A stretch of 64,000 nucleotides of DNA from Rhynchobatus australiae. Taxonomy: Eukaryota. This document shows positions 15,001-30,000 of the stretch, piece by piece. Below the pieces are notes generated by a model. It worked only from the letters and a program-made list of their open reading frames with translations, had not been told where the DNA came from and did not search any database. Location of the stretch: assembly GCA_034780895.1 (NCBI GenBank), contig JAUZTB010000001.1:46923925-46987924 (forward strand), written 5' to 3'. Made by a program: the position numbers and the translations under genes. Numbering within the stretch: position 1 is the stretch's first letter; every line of letters begins with the position of its first letter.

Positions 15001-18000
15001 TACCATTTCAATTGGTTCCCCTTGACCAGCAACATTAACTGCACTGACACGGAAGTAATAGTCAACACCGTGTGTTAATTGGGACACGACATATTCTGTA
15101 GTTCTGACTTCACCCTTAGAAGTAATTACTGTCCATTGCTGTTCTTCAGCTTCCCTCTTTTCAACAACATAGCTTGTTATTGCACTTCCTCCATCATAGA
15201 CAGGTTTAATCCAGCCAAGAGTGATGGAAGATTTGGTGCNNNNNNNNNNNNNNNNNNNNNNNNNNNNNNNNNNNNNNNNNNNNNNNNNNNNNNNNNNTAT
15301 TTGAATGCATCAGCTGGTAAAACGTTGCTACCTTTTGCTTTATATTTGCAAGTTTCACATTAATTTTACATACCAATTGGATCAGCAGCTTTATAGAAAT
15401 CAGAAGAGTCAGAGTACGGACCCTCTCCTGCTGCATTGATAGCGCACACTTGGTACTGATACTCATTGCCCTCTGTAAGCCCAGAGACCTTTTGCCTGGT
15501 ATCATAGATAGGCTCTTTGGTCACCTTAAACCATCGTAGACTCTTTCTCTCACGTCTTTCTAAGATATAGCCACGGATTTCATTGCCACCATCAACACTT
15601 GGTCTCTTCCAGCTTATAGTCATTGTTTGTTTCGTTATCATGGCAGCTTCAGGCATGCCTGGTTGCCCGGGTGTAACTATTGAAAAAAAAAAATTTCAAA
15701 TTAACCTTTATGTAAAAATTAAGAAGAATATTCATTGGAAAAATAACTTGTCTTGTTTTCTTACCAAATGCATTCTTAGCAATTACAGCATCAGATTCCA
15801 GTGGATCACCAACACCATATTTGTTCACACCCCGAATACGGAACATATATTCATTGCCTTTAATGATATTCCTTACAGTAACGATACAATGCTCCATCTT
15901 TTCTGAAATGAGAGACCACACAACTCGACTTGTCTCACGTTTTTCAACAATATAATGGCTGACAGGTGCACCACCATCATCTGTTGGAGCACCCCAGGTG
16001 AGCGTGATCTTCTCAGCTGTAACACTTGTAAACTGCACAGGCCCAAGTGGTGGTCCAGGTTTGTCTGTGAAACAGAAGAAAAACAGTCATGCAACTCCTG
16101 AAAAACGTACAGTTCCAATACTAACCTTCAATTTATAAGGGCACAATAGATCTACATACCTAGAACTTGTAATCTGATTGTTCCCGATGCTGAGCCCATG
16201 GGATTTTTAAGCCTGACTTCGTAGGTTCCACTGTTGATTCGACAGGCATCCTTAATAATTACTGCTGCAGAGTCAGTTGTGTTTTCAATAAAGACTTGTG
16301 AACTTGTCTCAAGTTCTTTACCATTTTTATACCATTCAATTGATGGCAAAGGCTTTCCAGAGACACCGACTTTAATCTTTATGGCTGAACCAGCCTTAAA
16401 TTTGACAATATCCATATACTCCAAAGGCAAGTCAACCTGAGGTGCACCTATGCATCAAAGTTAATAACAGTATTATGATTAAAAATACTAACCACAAAAC
16501 CACAAAAAATAATCCTTGAAATGCAAATATATTGTTAGTGAAAAAACAATTACCAAAGGTATCATGGCATGTTACAGGTCCAACAACTTCAGATGGATTA
16601 CTTATTGAACCAATTGCATTCTTCGCAAACACACGGAATTCATACTGTGCATCTTGAGTCAAGCCTGATACAGTAAATTGAGTCTCAATAACATTTGTAA
16701 AGCTGGCCTTTGTCCATCTCCCGTTTGGCAAATCACGTTTTTCAACGATGTAGCCAGTAATCTTGCTGCCACCATCATAAGCTGGTTTTTTCCAGCTGAG
16801 GCTAACGGAGGTCTTTGAAACATCTGTAGCACGTACATTTGATGGAGACTCTGGAAAACAAGCATGCAAGAGATTTAATTATCTGATCATATTTACAAGT
16901 ATTGGCATAGCATAAGCAATAAGCCATTTCTGCATTGGATTGAAAAGAACCAAAGCACAATTTGAGTGAATACCTACCACAAGCATCGATTGCAAGAACT
17001 TGATCGGAAGGATGACTGACTTTGCCAATGCCTGCAGCATTTTCTGCATATATGCGGAATTCATAGATAAGTCCACTACTGATATTTGTGACCTTTAAGT
17101 GTGTTGTACGGATAATGGTCTTGTTAACTTTCTGCCATAAAATGCTATTCCTGTCCTTCATTTCCAAATGATAACCAATCACATGGTTGCCACCATCAGA
17201 AACAGGCTCATTCCAACCTACTGTTATACTTTCCCTAGTGACATTAGTAACCCATGGAGTTGATGGAGGACCAGGTGTTGCTGAAAAATACAGGGAATGT
17301 ACAGTTAGCAGTGTGAGCAGATAAGGATTAACAATAATGATTTTGTGCTTTGTTAAGCTGAATAATCATGCTGAGAAAAGTAAACAACTTACTATATGGC
17401 AATTTGACTGTAACACACGAGGAGTCAATATGATCACTNNNNNNNNNNNNNNNNNNNNNNNNNNNNNNNNNNNNNNNNNNNNNNNNNNNNNNNNNNNNNN
17501 NNNNNNNNNNNNNNNNNNNNNNNNNNNNNNNNNNNNNNNNNNNNNNNNNNNNNNNNNNNNNNNNNNNNNNNNNNNNNNNNNNNNNNNNNNNNNNNNNNNN
17601 NNNNNNNNNNNNNNNNNNNNNNNNNNNNNNNNNNNNNNNNNNNNNNNNNNNNNNNNNNNNNNNNNNNNNNNNNNNNNNNNNNNNNNNNNNNNNNNNNNNN
17701 NNNNNNNNNNNNNNNNNNNNNNNNNNNNNNNNNNNNNNNNNNNNNNNNNNNNNNNNNNNNNNNNNNNNNNNNNNNNNNNNNNNNNNNNNNNNNNNNNNNN
17801 NNNNNNNNNNNNNNNNNNNNNNNNNNNNNNNNNNNNNNNNNNNNNNNNNNNNNNNNNNNNNNNNNNNNNNNNNNNNNNNNNNNNNNNNNNNNNNNNNNNN
17901 NNNNNNNNNNNNNNNNNNNNNNNNNNNNNNNNNNNNNNNNNNNNNNNNNNNNNNNNNNNNNNNNNNNNNNNNNNNNNNNNNNNNNNNNNNNNNNNNNNNN

Positions 18001-21000
18001 NNNNNNNNNNNNNNNNNNNNNNNNNNNNNNNNNNNNNNNNNNNNNNNNNNNNNNNNNNNNNNNNNNNNNNNNNNNNNNNNNNNNNNNNNNNNNNNNNNNN
18101 NNNNNNNNNNNNNNNNNNNNNNNNNNNNNNNNNNNNNNNNNNNNNNNNNNNNNNNNNNNNNNNNNNNNNNNNNNNNNNNNNNNNNNNNNNNNNNNNNNNN
18201 NNNNNNNNNNNNNNNNNNNNCTCTGAAGAAATATTCAGCATTTTGTTTCAAACCATGTATAACATGATGTGTAGTCTTCACAACTGCACATTTAACCCAC
18301 TTTTGCTGGCCTTTTTCAAGAGCTTCTATAAAGTAGCTTGTGATCCTACTGCCTCCATCATGTTCTGGCTTTGACCAGGCAAGTGAAACACTGTCTTTGG
18401 TGACATTTGTAACTCCAAGTCGCTCAGGTGAGCTTGGTTTTTCTGGAAAAGAGTATAATACATTATTACTGCTTAAATTACTAGAAAAAACAATAAATTA
18501 AAATAAGCTACTTAAAACATTATTTTCACTGAATTTTGGGCATTTCCTCTGGCTTCTCCACATAAATTAAAATATTTTCTTCCTCCATTTTATTTGCACT
18601 TTACATCTCTATTAACTGAACTGGTAAAGAATGGGAGTATATCATATTAGGAATGAGAAAAGAGATCTATACCTGACTAAAACAACTAAAAATATATAAT
18701 CCTGGGCCTTATAAAAACAGGCATTGCATAATAGTAAAATCAATGTAGTTGTGATGAATCTCTATAAAACACTGGTTTAGCTACAACTACAGCATTTAGT
18801 ACATTGGGAAGGATGTAAATGTTCCAGAGATGATGCAGAAAAGATTTAGTGGAAAGTGGATGTGGAACTTCAGTTGATGTAAGTAGACTTGAGAAGCTGA
18901 CTTTGTTCTCCTTTGAGTACCAAAGGCTCAGAGGTGATTTAATGGAAGCATTATTAAGGACTCAGGTAAAGTGCACAAATTAAAAATGTTTTCATTGGTG
19001 GAAGTATTAAGGCAATTTGTGAAAGAACCAGGGATGACATCTGGAAAAACCTTTTCACAATGTTATTAGTCACAATCTGGATTTCACTTTGTACTGGGCT
19101 TTAAATAGATGTTTGAAAGAGAAATAAATTGCTAGGGAAATAGCTGAATTTGCCCTGGATTGCATGTGCAGAAAGCCAGAGCAGATTCAATGGGCCTAAT
19201 ATTCACCTTTCATGTTTGAATGAGTCCGATTCTATATTCTGTTGCACATGGGGCAGAAAATAGATCCCAATAGGGTCTGTATTAATTTAAGCCACACAAC
19301 CCAACATTTGGGTCAGCTATTTCATGAAGTATCTCTGGCACACAAAAGTAACAAAAGATTCCTAATGCTTAAATCAGCCCTCTCTGAGAAGCTGTGTATC
19401 ATAACAATAGAGCAGTGACAGACTGACCCAATTTTGATAATTCAGTGGATACTGAGATCCACTGAATACTAAAAAATATTTTTTGTTAAATAAATTGATA
19501 AAACATTGTTGCTGCGCTAGACGCAGGAGAACTGTCCCGACTAACCATTTTATCTCGCACCTTCCAAACTACCAGGTTGCTCACCTTCTTTTTCCAGGAT
19601 TATTTTCAGCATGGTGGCATGCCTGTTATTTTCTTCAAGCAGACAAGCTGCTGTGAAGGCTCAACAAATACGGACAGTTCACCAATTAAGATTAATGAGG
19701 CCCAATGCACACTTTCAGGTTGCCTTTGCCTCCCAGTTGTGCACATACTGAGGTCACACTGGCACATCCACAGCTGCAATTGGGCATGCTAATTTTTTAC
19801 CCCCACTAGTCACTACAATTATTGTACCATGTCATATTTATATTTAAGCAATTTGCTCCTTTTTTGTGGAGCAGATGGCTCATTGTAATCCTGCAATGTG
19901 AAAATAACCAGAAACCATTTGAGAGATCACCAAGTTAATCATTTCTACTCCTGAGAAAGCATAATTTCATTAGGTTCAAAAACCTAATGAAATTATGCAA
20001 AGATTCTGTTGCTAACTCTGAGGTGTGGTATGTGGGAATGCCTCATTGCCTTGTTCCAAACGTACTGAACAAACTGACGGTCACTGCCAATAACTTAATG
20101 AAAATATTCAAGCAACAGTAATAAATGGATAAATTACCTGTTACTTTAACACCGTCCTTGGTCTCAATAGGTACACCAACACCAAACTCATTTTCTCCCC
20201 GGACACGGAAGTAATAAATTCCACCTTCTTGCAAGTCACTAACTTTGTAAGTAAGACGCTGACAGTTGGTTGTTACAGTGACCCATGCCTTCTTACTAGC
20301 TTCATGCTTTTCAATATGATAAGTCTTCACTCGAGCACCACCTTCAATTTCTGGTACATCCCAGTTCAGTGTTACGGATTCCTTGGTAACTTCTTTTACA
20401 GTAATAGTGCCAGGAGGTCCAGGTGAATCCAGGACTTTGACAACCAGAGTTAATGTGGCAGTAGCTAAAATATTCTGCAGCGTTACTGTATATTTTCCAC
20501 AGTCATACCTTGTTGCTTTTTCAATTGTCAGTGATGTTTTTGAATCAGTGACCTCAATATTTCCTCTTACACGGAGATCTACATCAGGTTTGCTCCACAT
20601 TACATTAGGTACTGGTTTTCCTCTAAAAGGTACAGTTAATGTAAAGGAACTTCCAGCCTTGACAATCAATGTTTTACGCATTTCATTATCAATTTCAAAC
20701 GCAGGTTCCTCTTCTCTTTCTTTTGCAATTTGTGGCTCTGATATGTCACTTGGATCACTGACACCAACTTTGTTAATAGATCTTACACAGAAATGATATT
20801 CCGTTCCAGATGTAAGCCCAACTACTGTATACTCAGTGCCTTTGAAATTCTGAACTGCTGTTGTCCATTCAGTTTGTTCAGTCTTTTTATATTCCACAGT
20901 ATATCCAGTCACAGGTGCTCCACCATCAAACAGTGGCTTTGTCCAGCTAATAGCAATGCTTGTCTTTGTTGAATCAATTATTTTTGGTTTGGATGGAGGA

Positions 21001-24000
21001 GAAGGTATGAAAACTGGATCTTTCGCACAGATCAACACTGATGGGTCACTTGGAGGACCAATACCTGCAGCATTTTCTGCATACACACGGTATTCATATT
21101 CAGCACCTTCACGAAGCCCTGTTGCTTTCACTCTAAGATCATACACAGGTTTCTTAGTAACTCGAATCCAGCGTAAGCCTGTCTTTTCACGCTTCTCAAT
21201 AATATATCCAGCAATTGGATTTCCACCATCACTCTCAGGTCTTTCCCAGCAAATAGTCATGGTATTCTTTGTGACATTGGTAATTTCAATTGATTTTGGT
21301 GCACTGGGAACAGTGAATGGATCTATAGCTTTCACAGGTTCACTTTCCAAAACTTCACCAACTCCATACTTGTTCACCCCCATTACTCTAAAAACATATT
21401 CATTGCCTTTAAGCACTTTAGTTACCTTACAAGATGTTGTTGGTAAGTTATCTATTACGCATGTCCAAGCAATGCGACTTGTTTCTCGTTTTTCTACAAT
21501 ATAGTGATCAATTTCTGCTCCTCCATTCTCTTGAGGTGGTGCCCAAGACAAGGAACACTTTTCAGATGTGCAGCTAGTTATTTCCAAAGGACCAGCAGGT
21601 GGACCTGGTCTATCAAGTACCTTGCAGTTAACAGCCAAGGATCTTGTTCCTGCCACATTCTGCAATGTTACAACATACTGTCCTGAGTCTCGTCTAATAC
21701 AGTCCTTAATGATGACTGCAGTGCTGTTGTCAGTTGACTGAATTTCAACTCGAGCATGTCCTTCAAGTTCTTTACCATCCTTTGTCCATGATATCACTGG
21801 AAGAGGTCGACCAGCTATATCTGCATTAAATTTAACAGTTTCACCTGCCTTAACAACAACCTCTCTAAATTTGGCATCCATCATAATTCTTGGGGCTTCC
21901 ATATCATCCTTTACAGTAATAGGACCCGTTGATTCAGATGGTTCACTGAATAGTCCTGCAGCATTCTTTGCGATTATGTGGAACTCATAGCGCTGATCTT
22001 CAGTAAGACCAGTAACATCAAAGTATGTTTCTTGGATGTTGGTAAAGTTACATTTAAGCCAGCGCCCATCAGGCAGCAGCCTGGATTCAATAATATAACC
22101 AGTAACTTTAGCACCACCATCATATTCTGGCTTGGTCCAAGATAGTGAAACAGAGGTTCTGGTAATATATGTTACTTCGGGCTGACCTGGAGGGTCACAT
22201 GGGTCTCTTGCTGCAACAGCTTCAGAAACTTTACTGGCTCTACCAATGCCTGCAATATTTTCTGCATAAACACGATACTCATATGACAGACCTTCTTCAA
22301 GGCCAGTTACTTTCATTTTGGTATCATTAATTGGACCTCTATTCATCTTTGTCCACAGAATACTGCTTCTTTCTTTGCATTCAAGGTGGTATCCAATAAT
22401 CTTAGAACCTCCATCAGAAACTGGTTCATTCCATTTGACAATCATATAAACTTTGGTGGCATGCGCAACGATAGGAGTTGATGGAGGCCCAGGCAGTTTA
22501 AATGGATACTCTGCAACAATAGAAGAAGATTCACAATAGTGGCTTTTGCCATATCTGTTTTCTGCATAAACACGGAACTGGTATTCAGATCTTGTTGTAA
22601 GTCCTGTGATTTTAATTGATGTTCTCGCTACAGTGGCAGAAACAGTTTCCCATGTTGTTGTAGTGGTGTCTCTCTTTTCAACAATGTAATTATTAATTTG
22701 GCAACCACCATCATATTCTGGTGCTGTCCAAGACATAACTATATAATCAGAACTAACTTCATCAATATGAATTGAACTTGGTGGTCCAGGTTTGTCAAGA
22801 ACAATAATGTTAATTAAGAAAGCTTTTGATCCTATACTATTGGAAACATTTAGTTCATATTTTCCAACATCTTCCTTTAAGGCTTCTTTGATGGTCAAAA
22901 GAGTTGATGTCTTTGTTGTCTGAACATTTATTCGTGTTGTCTGTCTCANNNNNNNNNNNNNNNNNNNNNNNNNNNNNNNNNNNNNNNNNNNNNNNNNNNN
23001 NNNNNNNNNNNNNNNNNNNNNNNNNNNNNNNNNNNNNNNNNNNNNNNNTGTTGTCTGTCTCAAAGGCTGGCCATCCTTCTTCCATGTCACAGTTGGCAAA
23101 GGTCTTCCTCTAAATGGTATATCAATTTTGAGATCATCACCAGCCTTAACACTGAAACTATTGAAAAGAAGCTCAACAGATGGCTCAATTTCAATGTCTT
23201 TTGCAATTACTGGTACTCCCAACTGTCTTGGATCACTTTTTCCTTTCTCATTAACAGCTCGTACAGTAAAGGTGTATTCTTCACCAGCAGTTAATCCTTT
23301 TACCGTTGTCTCCAGTGCTTTCACTTGGGCACATGAAATCCATTTTTCACTTCCCTTTGTCTGCATTTCAACAATGTAGGAAGTTATTTTGCTACCTCCA
23401 TCGTGCTCAGGTTTCTCCCAGGTAAGTGTTGCACTATTTCTCGTTACATCTACCAATGTCACTTTGCCTGGAGGCAAGGGCACCTCAGATGCTTTAATAG
23501 GTTCAGCAGTCTCTGCTGGCAAGCCAATTCCATACTCATTAACTGCCATTACACGGAAGAAGTAAATCCCACCTTCTTGTAATGATTCAATTTTGTATGT
23601 GTTTTTTGTACAATTGTTGGTAACAGCAGCAAAAGCTTTTCTAGTAGATTCACGTTTCTCAACAACATAATTTGTTATCTTAGCGCCACCATCAATGAGA
23701 GGTGGTTCCCATGATATAGTTACTGAATCTTTTCTTACTTCTTTGATATGTAGATTCACAGGACTACTAGGTGAATCAAGTACTCTGACATTCACAAAAG
23801 CAGATTTGCTACCACTGTTATTTTCCAAAGTCAAATTATACTTGCCACTGTGAAATCTGTTAACATTATCCACTACCAACATAGTGTAGGAGCTTGTCAC
23901 TTCAATCTGGGCTCTCTCACTTAGAGCACCTTCAGCTTTTTCCCATTTTACTTCAGGCTCTGGTCTGCCTTTAATGGGAACAAATAACCTCAAAGTACCA

Positions 24001-27000
24001 CCAGCTCGTACAGACACCATCTTCCGCAGATTAGCATCCAGCTCAATTTCTGGTGGTTCAAGCTTATCAACTGCAATTACGGTACCAGAAATATTAGCAG
24101 GTTCCCCTACTCCTTCTGAATTAATGGCACAGATACGGATATTATACTCAGTATTTTCTTTCAAGTCTGTTAATGTGAAATGTGTTGATTGTACACCTGT
24201 TGGAGGCGTACATGTGATCCAGTCTTCAGTATTAGTTTCTTTCATCTCCACAGTATAACCCTTAATTTTGGCTCCACCATCATAAATCGGCTTGCCCCAT
24301 GCAAGAGATACTGCAGATCTTGTTGTGTCTATCACTCTTGGATTGTTTGGTGGGCCAGGGACATAAATTACATCACAGGCTCTGTAGAAAATGGATGGTT
24401 CACTTGGATCACCCACACCAGCAGCATTTTCAGCAGATACACGGAATTCATAGAAGTGACCTTCTGTTAAGCCAGTAGCTCTAAACCTTAAATCACTCAA
24501 TTTCTTTTTATTGCATTTGACCCATCTGACTCCATCTTTGTCTCGCTTCTCTAGTATATAACCTTCAATTTCAGCTCCGCCATCATCCTCAGGACGTCCC
24601 CACATCACAACCATAGAATCTTTAGTAATGGCTGTAACCTCAGGTACTGTTGGTGCACTTGGCGTATGGAATGGATTTTTAGCCAAAACTGGTTCAGATT
24701 CCAACGGCTCACCAATTCCATATTTGTTTACTGCCATTACACGGAATATATACTCATTACCTGGAAGAAGCTTGGTTACTTTGTGACTAATAGCTTGCAC
24801 ATCAGATGCTACTTGTGTCCATGAAAGTCTGGAGGTTTCTCTCTTCTCAATTATGTAGTGAGAAATATTGGCACCACCATCCTGAGAAGGTGGATTCCAA
24901 GCCAAGTAGCACTTTTCCGCAGTGACNNNNNNNNNNNNNNNNNNNNNNNNNNNNNNNNNNNNNNNNNNNNNNNNNNNNNNNNNNNNNNNNNNNNNNNNNN
25001 NNNNNNNNNNNNNNNNNNNNNNNNNNNNNNNNNNNNNNNNNNNNNNNNNNNNNNNNNNNNNNNNNNNNNNNNNNNNNNNNNNNNNNNNNNNNNNNNNNNN
25101 NNNNNNNNNNNNNNNNNNNNNNNNNNNNNNNNNNNNNNNNNNNNNNNNNNNNNNNNNNNNNNNNNNNNNNNNNNNNNNNNNNNNNNNNNNNNNNNNNNNN
25201 NNNNNNNNNNNNNNNNNNNNNNNNNNNTCCATCAGTTCGAATACAATCCTTGACAGTAAGACTAGTTTTCTGAATGTTGGATTTAATTTCCATTCTGGCA
25301 ACATTTATATCAATATCTTTGCCATCTTTAACCCATGCTACATCAGGGACAGGTTTACCATGGATGTCAGCATCTAGGACAAAGGTTTCTCCTGCATTAA
25401 CAACAATTACATCTTTGTATTTAGGGCCCATAGAAGCCCTTGGAGCTTCAATTTCATCTCTTGCTGTAATTGGTCCAGAGCTTTCAGATGGTTCACTGAA
25501 AATACCAGCTGCATTTCTCGCAATTACTCTAAATTCGTATCTTTCATCTTCAGTTAATCCAGTAACTGTGAATTCAGTTTCACTTATGTTGGTAAAACTA
25601 GCTTTTGTCCAGCGACCATCAGGAAGGTCTTTCTTTTCTACAATATACCCAGTAATTTTGCTACCACCATCGTATTGAGGCTTTTTCCATTGTAGAGTAA
25701 CATAATTTCTTGTGATAACAACTGCATCAGGACAGCTGGGTGGATCACAAGGATCACGAGCTATATAACATTCAGACACCTTGCTAAGTTTACCAATGCC
25801 AACAATATTCTCAGCAGACACTCTGAACTCATATTCAATACCTTCTTCTAGATTATTACACTTGTAATGTGTATCCTGAATAATTGTTTTGTTTAATTTT
25901 GTCCAGAGAATACTGTTTCTTTCCTTGCGTTCAAGATGGTAACCTAAAATTTTACTTCCACCATCAATCACTGGTTCATTCCATTGCACATACATAGTGT
26001 CCTTTGTGGCAGATGACACAAATGGAGTTCCTGGTGGTCCAGGTTGTTTGTATGGGTATTGTGCAATGACTGCTGTAGAATCTAAAGACAGACTCTTTCC
26101 ATATCTATTTTCAGCAAAGATTCGGAACTGATATTCAGATCCTGTGGTAAGTTTAGTGACTTTAATTGTTGTCCGTGCCACAGTTGCAGACACCTGGTCC
26201 CATGTGACAGTAGTTGTGTCCCTTTTCTCAACAATGTAATTGTTAATTTGACATCCTCCAGTGTACTCTGGTGGATCCCATGATATTACAATGAAATTTG
26301 CACTGACTTCATCAAATCTTACAGGTCCAGTTGGTGGGCCTGGTTTATCAAGCACGATGATGCCAATGTCTTCTGTAACAGTTCCAGCAGCATTTGTAGC
26401 AGTTACTGAATACTTCCCATAGTCATCTCTGTGACTTTCTTTTATAAGAAGGTTTGTAGCTGTTGCTGCATCCTCCACATTAACTCTTGTTGTTTGTTTC
26501 AGTGTCTGCCCATCTTTCATCCATATAATCTTAGGTTTAGGACGGCCAATAAATGGAACTTCAACCTTTAGACTCTCCCCAGCTTGAACACTATACGTGT
26601 TGAATAGGAGTCTGAAATCAGGTGCTATACTTTGATCTTTGGCTATCACTGGCACAGCCAAGAGTCTAGGATCGCTTTTCCCTTTTTCATTGAAAGCTAT
26701 TACACGGAAGAGATATTCCTGCCCTGAACTGAGACCAGAAATGACTGCATCACAAGTCTTGGATTGGGTAACAACACCCCAATTGTCAGATCCTTTGGGC
26801 TGCATTTCTACCAAGTATCCCATGATTCTGCTACCTCCATCATGGTCAGGCTTCTCCCAAATGAGTGACACATTCTTTTGAGTGACATCAACAAGGGTGA
26901 TCTTTCCTGGTGGTAAAGGTGGTTCAGAAGCCTTTACAGCATCTGTAGTGTCAACAGGTACACCAACACCAAACTCGTTTTCTGCCATTACTCGGAAATA

Positions 27001-30000
27001 ATAAATAGCTCCTNNNNNNNNNNTCAATTTTGAGACTGCATTTGTTACATTTAGTAGTTACATTAGCATAGGCTTTTCTGGTTGCTTCTCGCTTATCAAT
27101 AATGTAATTTTTAACCTTTGCACCTCCATCAATAATGGGTGGTTCCCATTGCAGTATAACTGATTCTTTTCTTATATCCTTTACAGTTAATTTTTGTGGA
27201 GCTCCAGGTGTGTCAAGAACTTTCACTGTAACAAATGCAGACTTAGTTCCACTGTTGTTCACTAAAGTCAGAATATATTTCCCAGCATCATTTCTATCAC
27301 AGTTATCTATTGTTACTTGAGTATAATTGAGGCCCTTTTCTATTTGAGACTTTTCAGATAGTTCACCCTCTTCCTTTGACCAACTGATCTCAGGCACAGG
27401 TCTCCCTTTAAATGGTATGAAGATTCTGATGGTATTGCCGGCTCTTGTTGTGATTCCTTTTCTCAACTCTGCTGAGAGTTCAATTTCTGGTGGTTCAAGT
27501 TTATCTTCAGGTTTAACTGTACCAGGCACTGGTGCTGGCTCACCAACTCCAACTTTGTTGATGGCACATACTCGAATGTTGTATTCCTGATGTTCAATAA
27601 GTTTTCCAATTTCAAAACGAGTCACTTGAAGTCCAGTTTGTGGTGTGCACATTGTCCAGTCTTCCTCATCTGCTTTATGGATTTCCACTATATATCCTTG
27701 AATGTCACTACCACCATCATAAATTGGCTTGCCCCAAATAAGCACAATAGAATCTTTTGTTGTGTCTGCAATACGTGGATTTGCTGGTGGCCCAGGCTTG
27801 TAAATTGGATCACATGCTTTATAGAAAGCTGTTGGCTGACTTGGCTCACCAATTGCAGCGGCATTTTCAGCAGATACTCTAAATTCATATTCATGGTTTT
27901 CTGTAAGACCTGTAACTCTGAAACGCAAGTCTGTTATGTTATGTTTGTTGCATTTTGTCCACCTGATTCCAGTCCTGTCCCTCTTCTCTAGGATATAACC
28001 AGTAATTTCACTGCCACCATTATCATCTGGTCTATTCCAGCAGACAGTCATTGAGTCTCTTGCAATATTAGTTACTTCCAAAGATTTTGGTGGACCAGGA
28101 GGTACAAATGGATTCTTCATCAGAGTGGGTGTAGACTCCAAAGGTTCACCAACACCAAACTTGTTGACAGCCATTATACGGAAGATGTATTCATTGCCTT
28201 CCAAAAGCTTGGTAACTTTATGCATTGTTGCTTTGACATCTGATGTCACAACTGTCCAAGCCAGGCGACTAGTTTCTCTTTTCTCAATAATATAATGTGA
28301 AATTTCACTTCCACCATCATGTTCTGGTGTGCCCCAGGATAACGAACACTTTTCGGTTGTGACACCAGTTACTTGGATTGGACCTGCTGGAGGTCCTGGT
28401 CTGTCCAAGACTTTTACATTAATTGATACAGATTTTGTACCAGCCACATTAGAAGCTTGAAGAATGTACTGCCCACCATCCACTCTGATTGCATCCTTAA
28501 CTAGAAGTAAAGCTTTAAAATCAGTATTTTTAACCTCAAGTCTTGCTGACTCTTCAACTTCTTTTTCACCTTTGATCCACTGTATAACAGGTAATGGTTT
28601 GCCATGAACATCAGCATCTAATTTAAATGTTTCACCTGCATTAACCACTATTGTATCTTTGTATTTTGGATCCATGGATATTCTAGGTAGCTCAACTTCA
28701 TCTTTTGCAGTGATGGGCCCAGTACTGTCAGATGGTTTGCTATATGTACCTGCAGCATTCTTGGCAATAACCCTGAAGTCATACCTGTCATCTTCAGTGA
28801 GACCAGTTACAGTAAACTGGGTTTCAATTATATTTGTAAAGCTCGCCTTCATCCAGCGACCTTNNNNNNNNNNNNNNNNNNNNNNNNNNNNNNNNNNNNN
28901 NNNNNNNNNNNNNNNNNNNNNNNNNNNNNNNNNNNNNNNNNNNNNNNNNNNNNNNNNNNNNNNNNNNNNNNNNNNNNNNNNNNNNNNNNNNNNNNNNNNN
29001 NNNNNNNNNNNNNNNNNNNNNNNNNNNNNNNNNNNNNNNNNNNNNNNNNNNNNNNNNNNNNNNNNNNNNNNNNNNNNNNNNNNNNNNNNNNNNNNNNNNN
29101 NNNNNNNNNNNNNNNNNNNNNNNNNNNNNNNNNNNNNNNNNNNNNNNNNNNNNNNNNNNNNNNNNNNNNNNNNNNNNNNNNNNNNNNNNNNNNNNNNNNN
29201 NNNNNNNNNNNNNNNNNNNNNNNNNNNNNNNNNNNNNNNNNNNNNNNNNNNNNNNNNNNNNNNNNNNNNNNNNNNNNNNNNNNNNNNNNNNNNNNNNNNN
29301 NNNNNNNNNNNNNNNNNNNNAGAATCCAAAGCAAAACTTCTACCATACCTATTTTCAGCAAATATTCTAAACTGATATTCGGCTCCAGTTTTAAGTTTGT
29401 TTATCTTCAGACTTGTTCTTGCAACTGTAGCTGAAACAATCTCCCAGGTTGTGGTAGTAGTATCTCTCTTCTCAACTACGTAGTTAGTTATCTGACAGCC
29501 ACCAGTAAAGCTCGGAGGATCCCATGAAATTGAGATGCTTTCAGCGCTGACTGCATCAAACCTTACAGGGCCACTTGGAGGGCCAGGCTTATCAAGTGTT
29601 ATTATTTCAATGGATGCTGCTTTTTGGCCAACAACATTAGCCACAGTGATATTGTATAAACCATGATCATCTCTAATTGATTCCTTGATGTTCAGTACTG
29701 TACTATTGTCAGAGTCAACGACATTGACTCTAGTTGTCTGCTTGAGTGGCTGACCATCCTTTATCCAAGTAACTTTTGGTTTAGGACGTCCAGATATAGG
29801 GATTTCAATTTTTAAGTCTTGACCTACTTGTACACTATAATTACTAAATGTTGGTCTGATATCTGGCTCAATCACAAGATCTTTAGCAACCACTGGCACT
29901 GCAAGAGTTCTTGGGTCACTCTTGCCTTTTTCATTCACTGCTATAACTCTAAACACATATTCCCCTCCTTGTGCAAGGTTACTGATTGTTGCCTCAAGTG

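Noticed and set aside
19250-19804. Possible MITE with ggggcagaaaat / aattttttacccc ends
   Set aside because: The terminal match is short and imperfect, and no target-site duplication is visible.
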